Shown: positions 1 to 8,160, numbered from the stretch's first letter. The stretch: DNA of 31,108 nt from a virus (IMGVR_UViG_3300025168_000388:1-31108); one strand, 5' to 3'. A program made the numbers and translations. The notes: generated by a model from the sequence alone, not told the origin.

Positions 1-70
1 TTGCTAAAACCATAATCTTGGCCATAAACTACTTTACCTACTTGCTTAAATTCTCCTATACTCCAATCAG
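1..70. repeat. 70-bp terminal direct repeat, left copy (identical to 31039-31108); assembly overlap of a circular contig
   Basis: ttgctaaaac...ctccaatcag read identically at both ends; terL stays in frame when the overlap is collapsed. Confidence 0.97.
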
Positions 71-779
71 TAAATATAACACCCTCAGCTTTATCTAGCC
101 AAGCACCTTCTATTGTATGCTTGTATCTGTTTGGTCGTCTAACCTTCATTGTTTCAATCTGCTTAATATAGCTTTCTGAAAGGTTGTCAATGTTATCTAA
201 ATATGTTGTGTGTATATATGTTGTATCTTCTTTAGTTATGTTACTACCAGCAGAAACACCCCTATCTTCAAACCATCTCTTATAAATGAAATGTTCTTTG
301 GTTGTTGGATTCAATATTAATATAACTCTATTCTCTTGTATTTTATTACGAACACTTAAATCTATTTTATCAAATATATCCTCATCATTAAGTTCTTCTG
401 CCTCATCCATTACCCAAGTAGTAATACCAGTTAATGATTTAAGATTTGCAGTCTGGTCGCCTGAGCTTGTTTTAATACCACGAAATATTATCTTACTGCC
501 ATTGCCAGTATTTATTATTTCATCTTTAGTTATTTTGAAGCGGTCAATAACTCCAAGCAGTTCTAACTTTTCTATAAATTCAGGTATGATACTAATACTG
601 GCTGCTCTTAGCGTATAACGTGTAAATAATATAGTATGTCCAGCTTGATAGGTTAATAGTAATAGTACAGAGTTAACAGCAAATGATTTGCCAGAACCAC
701 GACCACCAGTTACAATAAAGTATCTAGCAAATGATTCATCTAATACTAAATACTTTTTATTGAGCTTTAATCCGTGCAA
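1..779 (-). CDS. terL: Terminase large subunit (PBSX-like), N-terminal ATPase part; continues across the circular junction to 30606 (~403 aa total)
   Basis: Manual translation from TTG at 779: MHGLKLNKKYLVLDESFARYFIVTGGRGSGKS (Walker A), TWVMDEAEE (Walker B), VILILNP, HTTYLDN; absent from the ORF track because it runs off the edge. Confidence 0.93.
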   Translation of the reverse strand, partial: MHGLKLNKKYLVLDESFARYFIVTGGRGSGKSFAVNSVLLLLTYQAGHTILFTRYTLRAASISIIPEFIEKLELLGVIDRFKITKDEIINTGNGSKIIFRGIKTSSGDQTANLKSLTGITTWVMDEAEELNDEDIFDKIDLSVRNKIQENRVILILNPTTKEHFIYKRWFEDRGVSAGSNITKEDTTYIHTTYLDNIDNLSESYIKQIETMKVRRPNRYKHTIEGAWLDKAEGVIFTDWSIGEFKQVGKVVYGQDYGFS

Positions 780-1098
780 TGATATTTCTAAAATCGTGGT
801 TTACTTCTTCTGAGGTATGTATATCAACAGAATCTTTCTGCTTACCATAGATGCTATCTAATACCATATTAAGTGCTTGATGGTCACCTTTCTCAATAAC
901 CTTTTCTATAACAGCCATAGCCATACGATATTCATTAGACATCCATACTTCTTCACCAGTAACAGGGTCAATTCCTTTTGTCCTAAGTTCTGCTAATTCT
1001 TTGAGAATTGTGCTTCTATTTTTAGCACCTTTTGGTTTACCTTTAGGATTACCGCTTTGGCCTTTCTTCCACAAAATTAAGTTTTCTTCTTTTGACAT
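757..1098 (-). CDS. terS: Terminase small subunit
   Basis: N-terminal WKKGQSGNPKGKPKG motif typical of this small-terminase class; overlaps the terL start. Confidence 0.8.
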   Translation of the reverse strand: MSKEENLILWKKGQSGNPKGKPKGAKNRSTILKELAELRTKGIDPVTGEEVWMSNEYRMAMAVIEKVIEKGDHQALNMVLDSIYGKQKDSVDIHTSEEVNHDFRNIIARIKAQ

Positions 1099-1149
1099 TT
1101 GGTCTGTGTATTATCTGTGTATTTCTTTAAAAACATTAATAGCTTTTTT

Positions 1150-1527
1150 TCAATTGCTTTTACTTTCTCTTTCGTATTCATATTCATTATATAATCTTCT
1201 CATTGTATCTACTAAACCTTTAACGCAACTACCACAACTTGATTGTTCTTTATTAGTTCCAAATACTCTATTGTGTATTATTAGCAATCCTTTTTGTTCG
1301 CTTGCATTTACTACATTCTTTTGTTGATTGAAGAAACCTTTTAGATATACATATTCATCTTCGTTAAGACATTCTACTTTGTATGGAAATAATTTATTAA
1401 GCTTTTCTTTTCTTGCATCACATCCGCAGTCTTTACCTAGTTTGTCAAATATCCATTTAGTTGCTTTTTTTATACCAGTTTTTTCAGTGAACTTTTCTAC
1501 TGAATCTCCTAAACCTTTACTCGTCAT
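1150..1527 (-). CDS. Conserved phage protein with GLGD...DCGC..RKEKLN and CxxC motifs, possibly metal binding
   Basis: 125-aa ORF coupled to the upstream gene; Cys motifs CGC and CGSC. Confidence 0.7.
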   Translation of the reverse strand: MTSKGLGDSVEKFTEKTGIKKATKWIFDKLGKDCGCDARKEKLNKLFPYKVECLNEDEYVYLKGFFNQQKNVVNASEQKGLLIIHNRVFGTNKEQSSCGSCVKGLVDTMRRLYNEYEYERESKSN

Positions 1528-2026
1528 TAATTTTTTTTTTAATTTCTTTAATACAATTGTTTATAGTTCTCCATACTACAACGTGAGATATGTTAGTTGC
1601 TGCAGATAGTTTTCTAATGCTATGAAATTTCTTTCTATATAAATTAAATAACTTTCTATCAAACCAATAAAATTCATTTACTATATCATCTACTACTTTT
1701 TCTATGTCTACATACTTTGTGTTATCTGCTTCTATAATGTTTTTAAGGTCTTTATCTATTAGTAAATCTTTATCAACTCTTATAGTATCAATAAATATAT
1801 TGTGCATCATCTTATATATAAACGCTTTATTTAAAGAATCGTTATATAGAATATCATTAATTTTTACTTTTTTACTATCTATTTTGCTATGTAAAGCAAT
1901 ATAAAAGTCGTGTAATAAATCTTTTGCTGGTATTTTACTATTGCTACTTATTTCCTCAGCCATAGATAGCCAAGTTTTTTCATCTTTTACTAAGATGTGT
2001 AATATATTATTTACTTCTGTACTCAT
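1517..2026 (-). CDS. Phage-encoded sigma-70/ECF-like transcription factor (late-gene sigma)
   Basis: 169 aa; region-2-like AKDLLHDFYI and C-terminal region-4 HTH SIRKLSAATNISHVVVWRTINNCIKEIK; three ECF-like promoter motifs in the genome. Confidence 0.7.
   Translation of the reverse strand: MSTEVNNILHILVKDEKTWLSMAEEISSNSKIPAKDLLHDFYIALHSKIDSKKVKINDILYNDSLNKAFIYKMMHNIFIDTIRVDKDLLIDKDLKNIIEADNTKYVDIEKVVDDIVNEFYWFDRKLFNLYRKKFHSIRKLSAATNISHVVVWRTINNCIKEIKKKINDE
1817..1847 (-). promoter_or_regulatory. Putative phage late promoter, copy 1 (ATATAAC-N13-AAGCGTTTATA), inside the sigma gene and upstream of 1527/terS/terL
   Basis: Same bipartite motif and 13-nt spacer as 21155-21185 and 29817-29847. 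Confidence 0.75.
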
Positions 2027-2357
2027 CTAATTCAAGAAGTATATTTACAAAATCATCGTATTGTAAAGCAATGTAATCTTTTTCAAAGTTCTTAGTAAAT
2101 ACTACTACTGGTGTTTTTAGTGTGCCTCTTGCATCTCCTTCACTTTGTTCTAATGCTTTCCAGATATTAAGTTTCTCTTGGTTCTTACATTCCCAGCTAT
2201 ATTCAGATAGTATGCCACTTGTAGTCATAATATCTCCTTTAATACTTAGTCCACCAGAGTTTGGTGTTCTTCTTATATTAGTATCAAATTTCTTAGCTAA
2301 ATCTTTAGCAATTTTTAATTCGAATCTTTTACCCTTTTGATTTGCGTTTAAACTCAT
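2007..2357 (-). CDS. Holliday junction resolvase-like PD-(D/E)XK nuclease
   Basis: KGKRFELKIAKDL ... GD ... ECK motif pattern of Hjc-like phage resolvases. Confidence 0.75.
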   Translation of the reverse strand: MSLNANQKGKRFELKIAKDLAKKFDTNIRRTPNSGGLSIKGDIMTTSGILSEYSWECKNQEKLNIWKALEQSEGDARGTLKTPVVVFTKNFEKDYIALQYDDFVNILLELDEYRSK

Positions 2358-2518
2358 ATCTTTTGAAAATGTTTTCTTATTATTGCTCCAAGCTCTGCAT
2401 TATTAGGATATATTCTACACAAAAAAGCAATGTTGTACTCAATAGGAGAATCATCACTATGGTAGTGAGAGTCCTTTGTTTGTCTGTATTCATTTAATGT
2501 TCTCTTTTTACTTTTCAA
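2354..2518 (-). CDS. Small hypothetical protein (54 aa, MKSKKRTLNEY...YPNNAELGAIIRKHFQKI)
   Basis: Manual translation; TTG start; stop overlaps the next ATG (ATGA); fills a gap in the operon. Confidence 0.65.
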   Translation of the reverse strand: MKSKKRTLNEYRQTKDSHYHSDDSPIEYNIAFLCRIYPNNAELGAIIRKHFQKI

Positions 2519-2606
2519 AATATTTTTTTATTATCACGACAATTAAAGCACCAGAGATAAAACTAGTTATGTGTGATGTGATTAACATTAATAATATAGT
2601 TTTCAT
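2508..2606 (-). CDS. Small membrane peptide (32 aa, MKTILLMLITSHITSFISGALIVVIIKKYFEK)
   Basis: Manual translation; ATG overlaps the upstream stop; single hydrophobic segment followed by basic residues. Confidence 0.55.
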   Translation of the reverse strand: MKTILLMLITSHITSFISGALIVVIIKKYFEK

Positions 2607-2866
2607 TTTTTAAATGTATTAAATTTTTTCTTTAGTTCTGCAGTTTCTTTGTATGCTTTTACATTTTGCATTGTTAACAATGTTTGTTTGTTTTTCATTT
2701 CATCTAACATTAACCTCAGCTCTAACATACATTTTAAGCTACTTTGAAGCGTTTCTATCGCATCCAATTTACTTTGTGTTATCTTACCTACTTTTAAACC
2801 TTCTTGAGCCTTTAAAAGCAATATTTCTAATTTGTTCTTTATTATTGTATAATCTAAATCTGTCAT
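2603..2866 (-). CDS. Hypothetical coiled-coil protein
   Basis: 87-aa ORF tightly packed in the minus-strand operon. Confidence 0.7.
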   Translation of the reverse strand: MTDLDYTIIKNKLEILLLKAQEGLKVGKITQSKLDAIETLQSSLKCMLELRLMLDEMKNKQTLLTMQNVKAYKETAELKKKFNTFKK

Positions 2867-2867
2867 A

Positions 2868-3494
2868 TTAAAACATTCTTATTTGTTGTTTGTGTTGTTC
2901 TATTCTTTTCATAGCTGCTTCAAAATATTCTTTATCTAACTCGCAAGCAGTTAAATCAAATCCTAAATTATGACAAGCAATAGCAATTGAGCCACTACCT
3001 AAATGTGTATCTAAAATTTTATCTCCTTCTTTACCATAATTCATTAAAAGCCATTCGTAAAGTTTAACAGGTTTTTGTGTTGGATGTGTTCTGTCTAATT
3101 GATTGCTATTTATTTTTATTAATTTTGAATGTTCATTAAAACTTGTATAAGCTAATTCAATTTGTGTCATAGTTGGAACATAATTCATTTTATCCCAAAC
3201 AACAAAACACCTACTACTATTTAGATTGTCTAAAAAATAATTTCCACCCCAAATAATCTGATTTTTACTAACCCTAAATAACTCTGTAAAATATTTATCT
3301 GTTGGTATCTCATCATCCCAACCTTTTGTTTTATTTTGTTTTTTAAATTTAGTCATACTATTTTTTTTACTTAGTCCGCCAGTTTTTTTTGTTCCACCAC
3401 CTATACCATAGGGAGGGTCTACAATAGCCAAGTCAAAGTAATTGTCTTCATACCTTGCCATTAGCTGCATATTATCTTCGTTAGTAATATTCAT
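2868..3494 (-). CDS. DNA N6-adenine/N4-cytosine methyltransferase, beta class (orphan)
   Basis: DPPY catalytic motif precedes HPTQKP and the SAM-binding ILDTHLGSGS. Confidence 0.92.
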   Translation of the reverse strand: MNITNEDNMQLMARYEDNYFDLAIVDPPYGIGGGTKKTGGLSKKNSMTKFKKQNKTKGWDDEIPTDKYFTELFRVSKNQIIWGGNYFLDNLNSSRCFVVWDKMNYVPTMTQIELAYTSFNEHSKLIKINSNQLDRTHPTQKPVKLYEWLLMNYGKEGDKILDTHLGSGSIAIACHNLGFDLTACELDKEYFEAAMKRIEQHKQQIRMF

Positions 3495-3730
3495 TGTTTT
3501 AAATCTTCTGAGTAAAGTAATTCATCACCAAGTTTTTTATCTAATGTTTTTATAGTTCTATATATTTCTATGCTTTTTCTTTTTACTTCTTCTTTCTCTG
3601 CTTTAGTAGAATCAGTTCCAAGATGTGCATACAAACTACAATCTATTTCTAAAAGTGTATCTATCTTTTTTTTATTACTCCAAGTTTTATAATTCATAAA
3701 CTCTTGTATGTTTTCATATTTATATCTCAT
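3491..3730 (-). CDS. Hypothetical protein
   Basis: 79-aa ORF with ATGA overlap into the MTase gene. Confidence 0.7.
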   Translation of the reverse strand: MRYKYENIQEFMNYKTWSNKKKIDTLLEIDCSLYAHLGTDSTKAEKEEVKRKSIEIYRTIKTLDKKLGDELLYSEDLKQ

Positions 3731-3740
3731 TGTTTTTGTT

Positions 3741-4400
3741 TTAAAATAATTCTGTTTGGTTTACATTTTGTTTTCTAGTTATTCCTACTGCTGTTTCTAA
3801 TATTGTTTTACCAGCTTCATAGTCTACTAAGTTTCTTGCCATTTTAACTATTCTTTGTTTGCCTTTTACTTGTTTTTTATACTTCCAAAAATCATAATCG
3901 TGAAACTTACTTAAATTGTTTACTTCTATATGTTCACCCTCATTAGCACTAATTCGAACTTTTCTGTCACTTAGCACATTTGGTAAATTAAAGTTAGTCC
4001 AGTATAAGTGCCTACCTCTTTTTTTTGCAGGAATTAATGGTTCATAAAAAGGAATAACATTTTCAACACAATACTTTCCATTAAAATATTTATCTAAAAA
4101 AATAATTTCCTCATATAATTTCATATCAGGATATTTTGGTTCATTTTTGTGTTTTTGACTAAACCTTACTCTACTATGTGTTGGGCAAGGTGGTGAACTC
4201 CAAATAAAATCAAATTCTTTGTAATGGTCTAATAAATATTGGTGTGCATCTGCTACTATTACTTTATCATTTGGAAACCTCTCTTGGTACAATCTTGCTG
4301 CCTCTGGGTCTAATTCAACAGCAGTTACTTCTATATCTGTAACTTCATCCCACTTGTAACGGTTACCACCTAAACAAGCATATAAATTTAATATCTTCAT
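3741..4400 (-). CDS. C5-cytosine DNA methyltransferase (short, orphan)
   Basis: Motif I LYACLGG, motif IV SPPC, motif VI ENV. Confidence 0.85.
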   Translation of the reverse strand: MKILNLYACLGGNRYKWDEVTDIEVTAVELDPEAARLYQERFPNDKVIVADAHQYLLDHYKEFDFIWSSPPCPTHSRVRFSQKHKNEPKYPDMKLYEEIIFLDKYFNGKYCVENVIPFYEPLIPAKKRGRHLYWTNFNLPNVLSDRKVRISANEGEHIEVNNLSKFHDYDFWKYKKQVKGKQRIVKMARNLVDYEAGKTILETAVGITRKQNVNQTELF

Positions 4401-5251
4401 TTTTTTTGTTTTAATACGTTATTACCACCAATTGTAAATCCTAATCCATTATTGTAATCAAATCTTAGTGGCTCGCCTAACATTGTAGGTTTGCCACCAG
4501 TTTCTTTATCTTTTATTTTATATACGTGTACTTCTGTCATCATCCACAATTTATCGTGTGATATCAAACGGTGTAAACAAAGGAAGTTGTCCACCCTGTT
4601 TGGAAAAACTTGGCCACCTTCAGAATCAGCTTTTCTTGGTGGTTGTATATGTCCGTTTAATTGATGGTCTGGTGGATATACACGCCTTGCAGCTTCTGTT
4701 TGTGGATGCATTGCAATAAACATTGTTTTGCCTGTTTTATTACAAAACTCTCTAACATCATTACAAACTTGATAGTTTCTTTCAAATTGTGAAATTCTTC
4801 TATCGTGGTTTATACCTGTGTATGGGTCAATAAAACAACCATCACAATCTTCAGCTTCAAATATCTTTAGTAATTCTTTATGATTGTAAAGTTTTCTATT
4901 ATCAATAAATTTAAAATATTTACTAATCTCATCGTGGTAAAATAAATATTCATTTAAATCTTTAATTGTTTCACCTGTCCACATTTGTATTATATCTCGC
5001 TTCAATTGTCCAGCGTTGTTTTCACCTGACCAGATGCACCACTTCTTACCGTGTATTTTACTTAGTGCAGTTAAGTACCATAATATGTAATTAGTTTTAC
5101 CAACATTATCTAAACCTAAAAACATATTAAAGTTGCCATTCTTATAAAGAAAGTAATCATCTAATAAACAACCAATGCCAACACCTTTTTTAATTCTACC
5201 TTCTTTAAATGCTTTTAAATACGGTACTGTGGCTTTATCTTCTAATATCAT
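4397..5251 (-). CDS. DnaB-like (SF4) replicative helicase, C-terminal domain only
   Basis: Walker A GLDNVGKT, WSGEN, FIDPY, AMHP motifs; directly downstream of the initiator. Confidence 0.82.
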   Translation of the reverse strand: MILEDKATVPYLKAFKEGRIKKGVGIGCLLDDYFLYKNGNFNMFLGLDNVGKTNYILWYLTALSKIHGKKWCIWSGENNAGQLKRDIIQMWTGETIKDLNEYLFYHDEISKYFKFIDNRKLYNHKELLKIFEAEDCDGCFIDPYTGINHDRRISQFERNYQVCNDVREFCNKTGKTMFIAMHPQTEAARRVYPPDHQLNGHIQPPRKADSEGGQVFPNRVDNFLCLHRLISHDKLWMMTEVHVYKIKDKETGGKPTMLGEPLRFDYNNGLGFTIGGNNVLKQKK

Positions 5252-5655
5252 TGGTCAAGAAGTTTTTGCACTTCATCATTTACTTTTAATAAATTATCAT
5301 TTGCGTAATTATCTTTTCTTTTCTTTTCTTTTCTTAATGCTTGAGCCCTGCTTAAGCCCCCCTTCTTTCCGTTGCTAACATTTCTCTTGTGTTCTACTAA
5401 GCGTTGCTGGTATTGTTCATCTAACCATTTAATACTAATAGCTTCTTCTTCTATCTTAAATAACTCAGCATCTAACAAAGTACTCCATTGTTTAGGTATT
5501 AAAGATTTAATTTGTTTTCTGGAAACTTTACATTCTTTGCTCCAGTAGTAGCAGCAGACTTTCATAAATGCACCTTGAACATCTAAGTCCATAAATGATA
5601 TACTGCCTGTAATCCATTGATTAGGATAAAATTTAAAATATGGTAATTCTTTCAT
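5248..5655 (-). CDS. Replication initiator-like protein (DUF1376/YdaU-like N-terminus) with internal iteron-like repeats
   Basis: LPYFKFYPNQWITG...QGAFMKVCCYYW, then NGKKGG and AAGAA-repeat-encoded KEKKRK; precedes the helicase as in O/P-type modules. Confidence 0.7.
   Translation of the reverse strand: MKELPYFKFYPNQWITGSISFMDLDVQGAFMKVCCYYWSKECKVSRKQIKSLIPKQWSTLLDAELFKIEEEAISIKWLDEQYQQRLVEHKRNVSNGKKGGLSRAQALRKEKKRKDNYANDNLLKVNDEVQKLLDQ
5311..5363. repeat. Origin-like element: (TCTTT)n tract plus GCTTGAG/GCTTAAG boxes at 11-bp period; 39/47 identical to 30553-30599
   Basis: Direct reading and manual ungapped alignment. Confidence 0.6.
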
Positions 5656-5697
5656 AATTGATTAGTTTGATTTGATTGGTTTAATATATAAAAATAT

Positions 5698-6165
5698 TTA
5701 TTTATTTATTTTTTTTAATTCATATTGTTTTATGTCATTATATTTTACTTTAATAATTTCATCTTTTTTATTCCATTTTTTTCTTGTATATATTTTATAA
5801 AATTCATCTTTACTTTCAGTACGTTCTTTAAAGGTTAAAGCATAATTTAATAAATCAATTCTTTTAAATACAGAATAACAATTTAATTCTACTATTTCAA
5901 ATATTATATAAAATGCTTTTCCTTTTAACCAACCATTATTACCATTCACATTAGTTATTTCAAGCCTTACATTATTTAAATGTTTATTTGCTTTAGCATC
6001 AACGCCAAAACCATTAACAAAAAAATCTATATGACTATATCTATCTTGTTCAACTGTTGATTCTTTTACAGTGTAACCTAATAATTTTAATTTTTCTTTT
6101 AAATCATTTTCAACTCTATCACCTTCTTTTTTAGAGTAATCATATCTTTTTTTAGTAACTTCCAT
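5698..6165 (-). CDS. PD-(D/E)XK-family endonuclease-like protein
   Basis: GDRVE...HIDF...VDAK...LE...GWL pattern; very AT-rich. Confidence 0.6.
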   Translation of the reverse strand: MEVTKKRYDYSKKEGDRVENDLKEKLKLLGYTVKESTVEQDRYSHIDFFVNGFGVDAKANKHLNNVRLEITNVNGNNGWLKGKAFYIIFEIVELNCYSVFKRIDLLNYALTFKERTESKDEFYKIYTRKKWNKKDEIIKVKYNDIKQYELKKINK

Positions 6166-6469
6166 AATATGCTTTATTTTTTTGTTCGTATTTATAGTAA
6201 GCTAATAGCTCATCTTCATTAAGTGATTCTTCTGTATATAGTTTATCAAAAGCGAAGGATACGTTTTTTATATCCTTCACTTCTTCTTTTGGTTGTATAT
6301 AATCAATATACTTAAAACCTTTCTTTTGAATTTGATATGCCTGTACCAATGAAATATAAGTAATATTATACTTCTTTGCTATCTCAGGCATCGTTTGTCC
6401 GTTCATCAACATATTTTGTACATCTAACGAACTCAAACCCAATGCGGTTAAGATTTTTGATTGTTTCAT
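6152..6469 (-). CDS. Hypothetical protein with possible N-terminal HTH
   Basis: GQTMPEIAKKYNITYISL resembles an HTH. Confidence 0.55.
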   Translation of the reverse strand: MKQSKILTALGLSSLDVQNMLMNGQTMPEIAKKYNITYISLVQAYQIQKKGFKYIDYIQPKEEVKDIKNVSFAFDKLYTEESLNEDELLAYYKYEQKNKAYYGSY

Positions 6470-6474
6470 AATAC

Positions 6475-6795
6475 TTAAAAGGGTAAATCGTTTGAAGTAT
6501 TACTTGCTTCAACTTTAGGTGCTTCAGCATCTGGCTTCCAAGTATCTACACTAATACTAACATCTTTACCATATTGGTCAGCTTCATCTTTTAAATTAAT
6601 ATTTAGTTTGATGAATTTGTTGCCATTATACTCTTGTATGTAATCAGCGATTTTAGTAGGATTAATAGTTACTTTTAACCATTTAGGATTCATAACTTTA
6701 CCACTTCCACAATATATTGTTTCTTCTTTTTTATCCATTGTTATTTGTTTTTGTTGTTTATAATCTGGCATCCAATGCCATTCTTTTTTAATCAT
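6475..6795 (-). CDS. ssb: Single-stranded DNA-binding protein (start may be 6738)
   Basis: Small beta-rich protein with C-terminal NDLPF tail, next to recombination genes. Confidence 0.65.
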   Translation of the reverse strand: MIKKEWHWMPDYKQQKQITMDKKEETIYCGSGKVMNPKWLKVTINPTKIADYIQEYNGNKFIKLNINLKDEADQYGKDVSISVDTWKPDAEAPKVEASNTSNDLPF

Positions 6796-6950
6796 TAAAA
6801 TTTAAATGTTACTCCTACAGCTACAAAAAAACTACCTGTAGCTATAGCAAATGTATTAGGATTTAAATTTAACTTTTGTTTGTGCATAATCATATTAGTT
6901 GCACCAGCAGTCATTAAAGATAAACCACCTATTATTGCTAACTTCTTCAT
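6795..6950 (-). CDS. Small membrane protein (51 aa, MKKLAIIGG...)
   Basis: ATG at 6950 overlaps the upstream stop; two hydrophobic segments. Confidence 0.6.
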   Translation of the reverse strand: MKKLAIIGGLSLMTAGATNMIMHKQKLNLNPNTFAIATGSFFVAVGVTFKF

Positions 6951-7675
6951 AATATTTCTTCTGTTTCTATTTTTACTTCTACTATTGAATTTTGATAGCC
7001 CTGAGGTTCTCCGTTCCATTCTTTGAATTTATCTGTATAATAATCGTAATCCATCCAACCTTTAAATAATAAACTATCATCTAATTTATATATCTGTACA
7101 TTAAATGGTGTTGTAGTTTCTATTGCTACAATGTAAGCATCTGTATCTTTATCGTATTGGTCTTGATACATTGCTAACTGCATTTTATAATCATTATAGT
7201 ATAAATCACGTTCAAAGCGTTTTCCAGCATCATTAGTAGTTTTTATATCTACTATACACTTTCTACCATTAAACGTTGTTAGAAGGTCTGCAAAGCCCTT
7301 AAAATTAACATCTTTATGTTGCCACTCTAACTTAATTTCAGTATCTACTTTATTTTGCATCATTTCAGTAAGTACTGGATGCAACATAGCGTTGTTAATT
7401 ATTTTATTTGCATCATCTAATTCTTGTTGCTTAATTAGTGTTTTGCCTTCGTTTTGTTCTTTAAACTCAATCCATTGTTTACCAGCTCGCCTTGCACCTT
7501 CAAAGATTGCAAACTCTTTTGTAAATGTATCTGGCTCTAATAACATCTTGTGTATTAAAGTTCCAAATTGCATTGCATCTGTAGTTTTTAATTCTTTGTT
7601 CCAGTAAGCAAGTAAATGGTTAGGAGATTTCTTAAACTGACATAAAGCCGAGTAACTCAAGTGATTCTTTTTCAT
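6947..7675 (-). CDS. RecE/DUF3799-like PD-(D/E)XK exonuclease
   Basis: LSYSAL, AMQFGTLIH, KGFAD, IVDIKT, YKMQLAMY motifs. Confidence 0.85.
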   Translation of the reverse strand: MKKNHLSYSALCQFKKSPNHLLAYWNKELKTTDAMQFGTLIHKMLLEPDTFTKEFAIFEGARRAGKQWIEFKEQNEGKTLIKQQELDDANKIINNAMLHPVLTEMMQNKVDTEIKLEWQHKDVNFKGFADLLTTFNGRKCIVDIKTTNDAGKRFERDLYYNDYKMQLAMYQDQYDKDTDAYIVAIETTTPFNVQIYKLDDSLLFKGWMDYDYYTDKFKEWNGEPQGYQNSIVEVKIETEEIL

Positions 7676-7690
7676 AATATAGTTTTTAAT

Positions 7691-7789
7691 TTATTTTGAA
7701 TAGGTATTGATTGCCATAGCTAATACGATTCCAAAAAATATGCTTGTCATAATAAGAGTAGCTAATTCTGTAATATTTGTTTCTATCAT
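7691..7789 (-). CDS. Small membrane peptide (32 aa, MIETNITELATLIMTSIFFGIVLAMAINTYSK)
   Basis: Manual translation; ATGA overlap with the upstream gene; one TM-like stretch. Confidence 0.55.
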   Translation of the reverse strand: MIETNITELATLIMTSIFFGIVLAMAINTYSK

Positions 7790-8160
7790 TGTTTCTTAAA
7801 GTTATCAGCTTCAGAATCTGAATAAATACCATATTCGTAAGCGTTAATTAATTTTAGTACTAATCTATCTTTTAAACGTTTCTCAGCCATTGCAAACATA
7901 TAAGGAGCTTTACAGTTCTTAGGTGATGCTTCACCAGTACTCCAAATAACTTTGTTACCACGTTTTGCATCTCCTACTATTGCAACATCTTGGTTGCTAT
8001 CTCTGTATATAGTTGGCGCGCCAAATTGTATGTTTTCTTTTGCTGCTATCTTTTCACAAGCATCGTGAGTAATAATCCACATACTTCTTGTACCTCTTTT
8101 TAATTCCCAAAAGTCATCTTTTGATAAATCATATTTTTGTGCTAATTCTTTAATTTTCAT
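7786..8160 (-). CDS. Putative single-strand annealing protein (Sak/Rad52-like)
   Basis: GEASPKN...AMAEKRLKDRLVLK...GIYSDSEAD pattern; upstream of the RecE-like exonuclease. Confidence 0.5.
   Translation of the reverse strand: MKIKELAQKYDLSKDDFWELKRGTRSMWIITHDACEKIAAKENIQFGAPTIYRDSNQDVAIVGDAKRGNKVIWSTGEASPKNCKAPYMFAMAEKRLKDRLVLKLINAYEYGIYSDSEADNFKKQ

Noticed and set aside
1-70. 70-bp repeat as a biological terminal repeat or att site
   Set aside because: It falls in the middle of terL coding sequence; best explained as assembler overlap
2868-6165. Complete restriction-modification system (MTases plus the 5698-6165 nuclease)
   Set aside because: The nuclease is separated from the MTases by replication genes; orphan MTases and stand-alone PD-(D/E)XK nucleases are common in phages
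6951-7019. Longer ORF-track starts (7019, 8951, 11463)
   Set aside because: The extensions overlap upstream genes or promoter DNA; downstream ATGs at 6950, 8894 and 11415 have coupling or A-rich leaders
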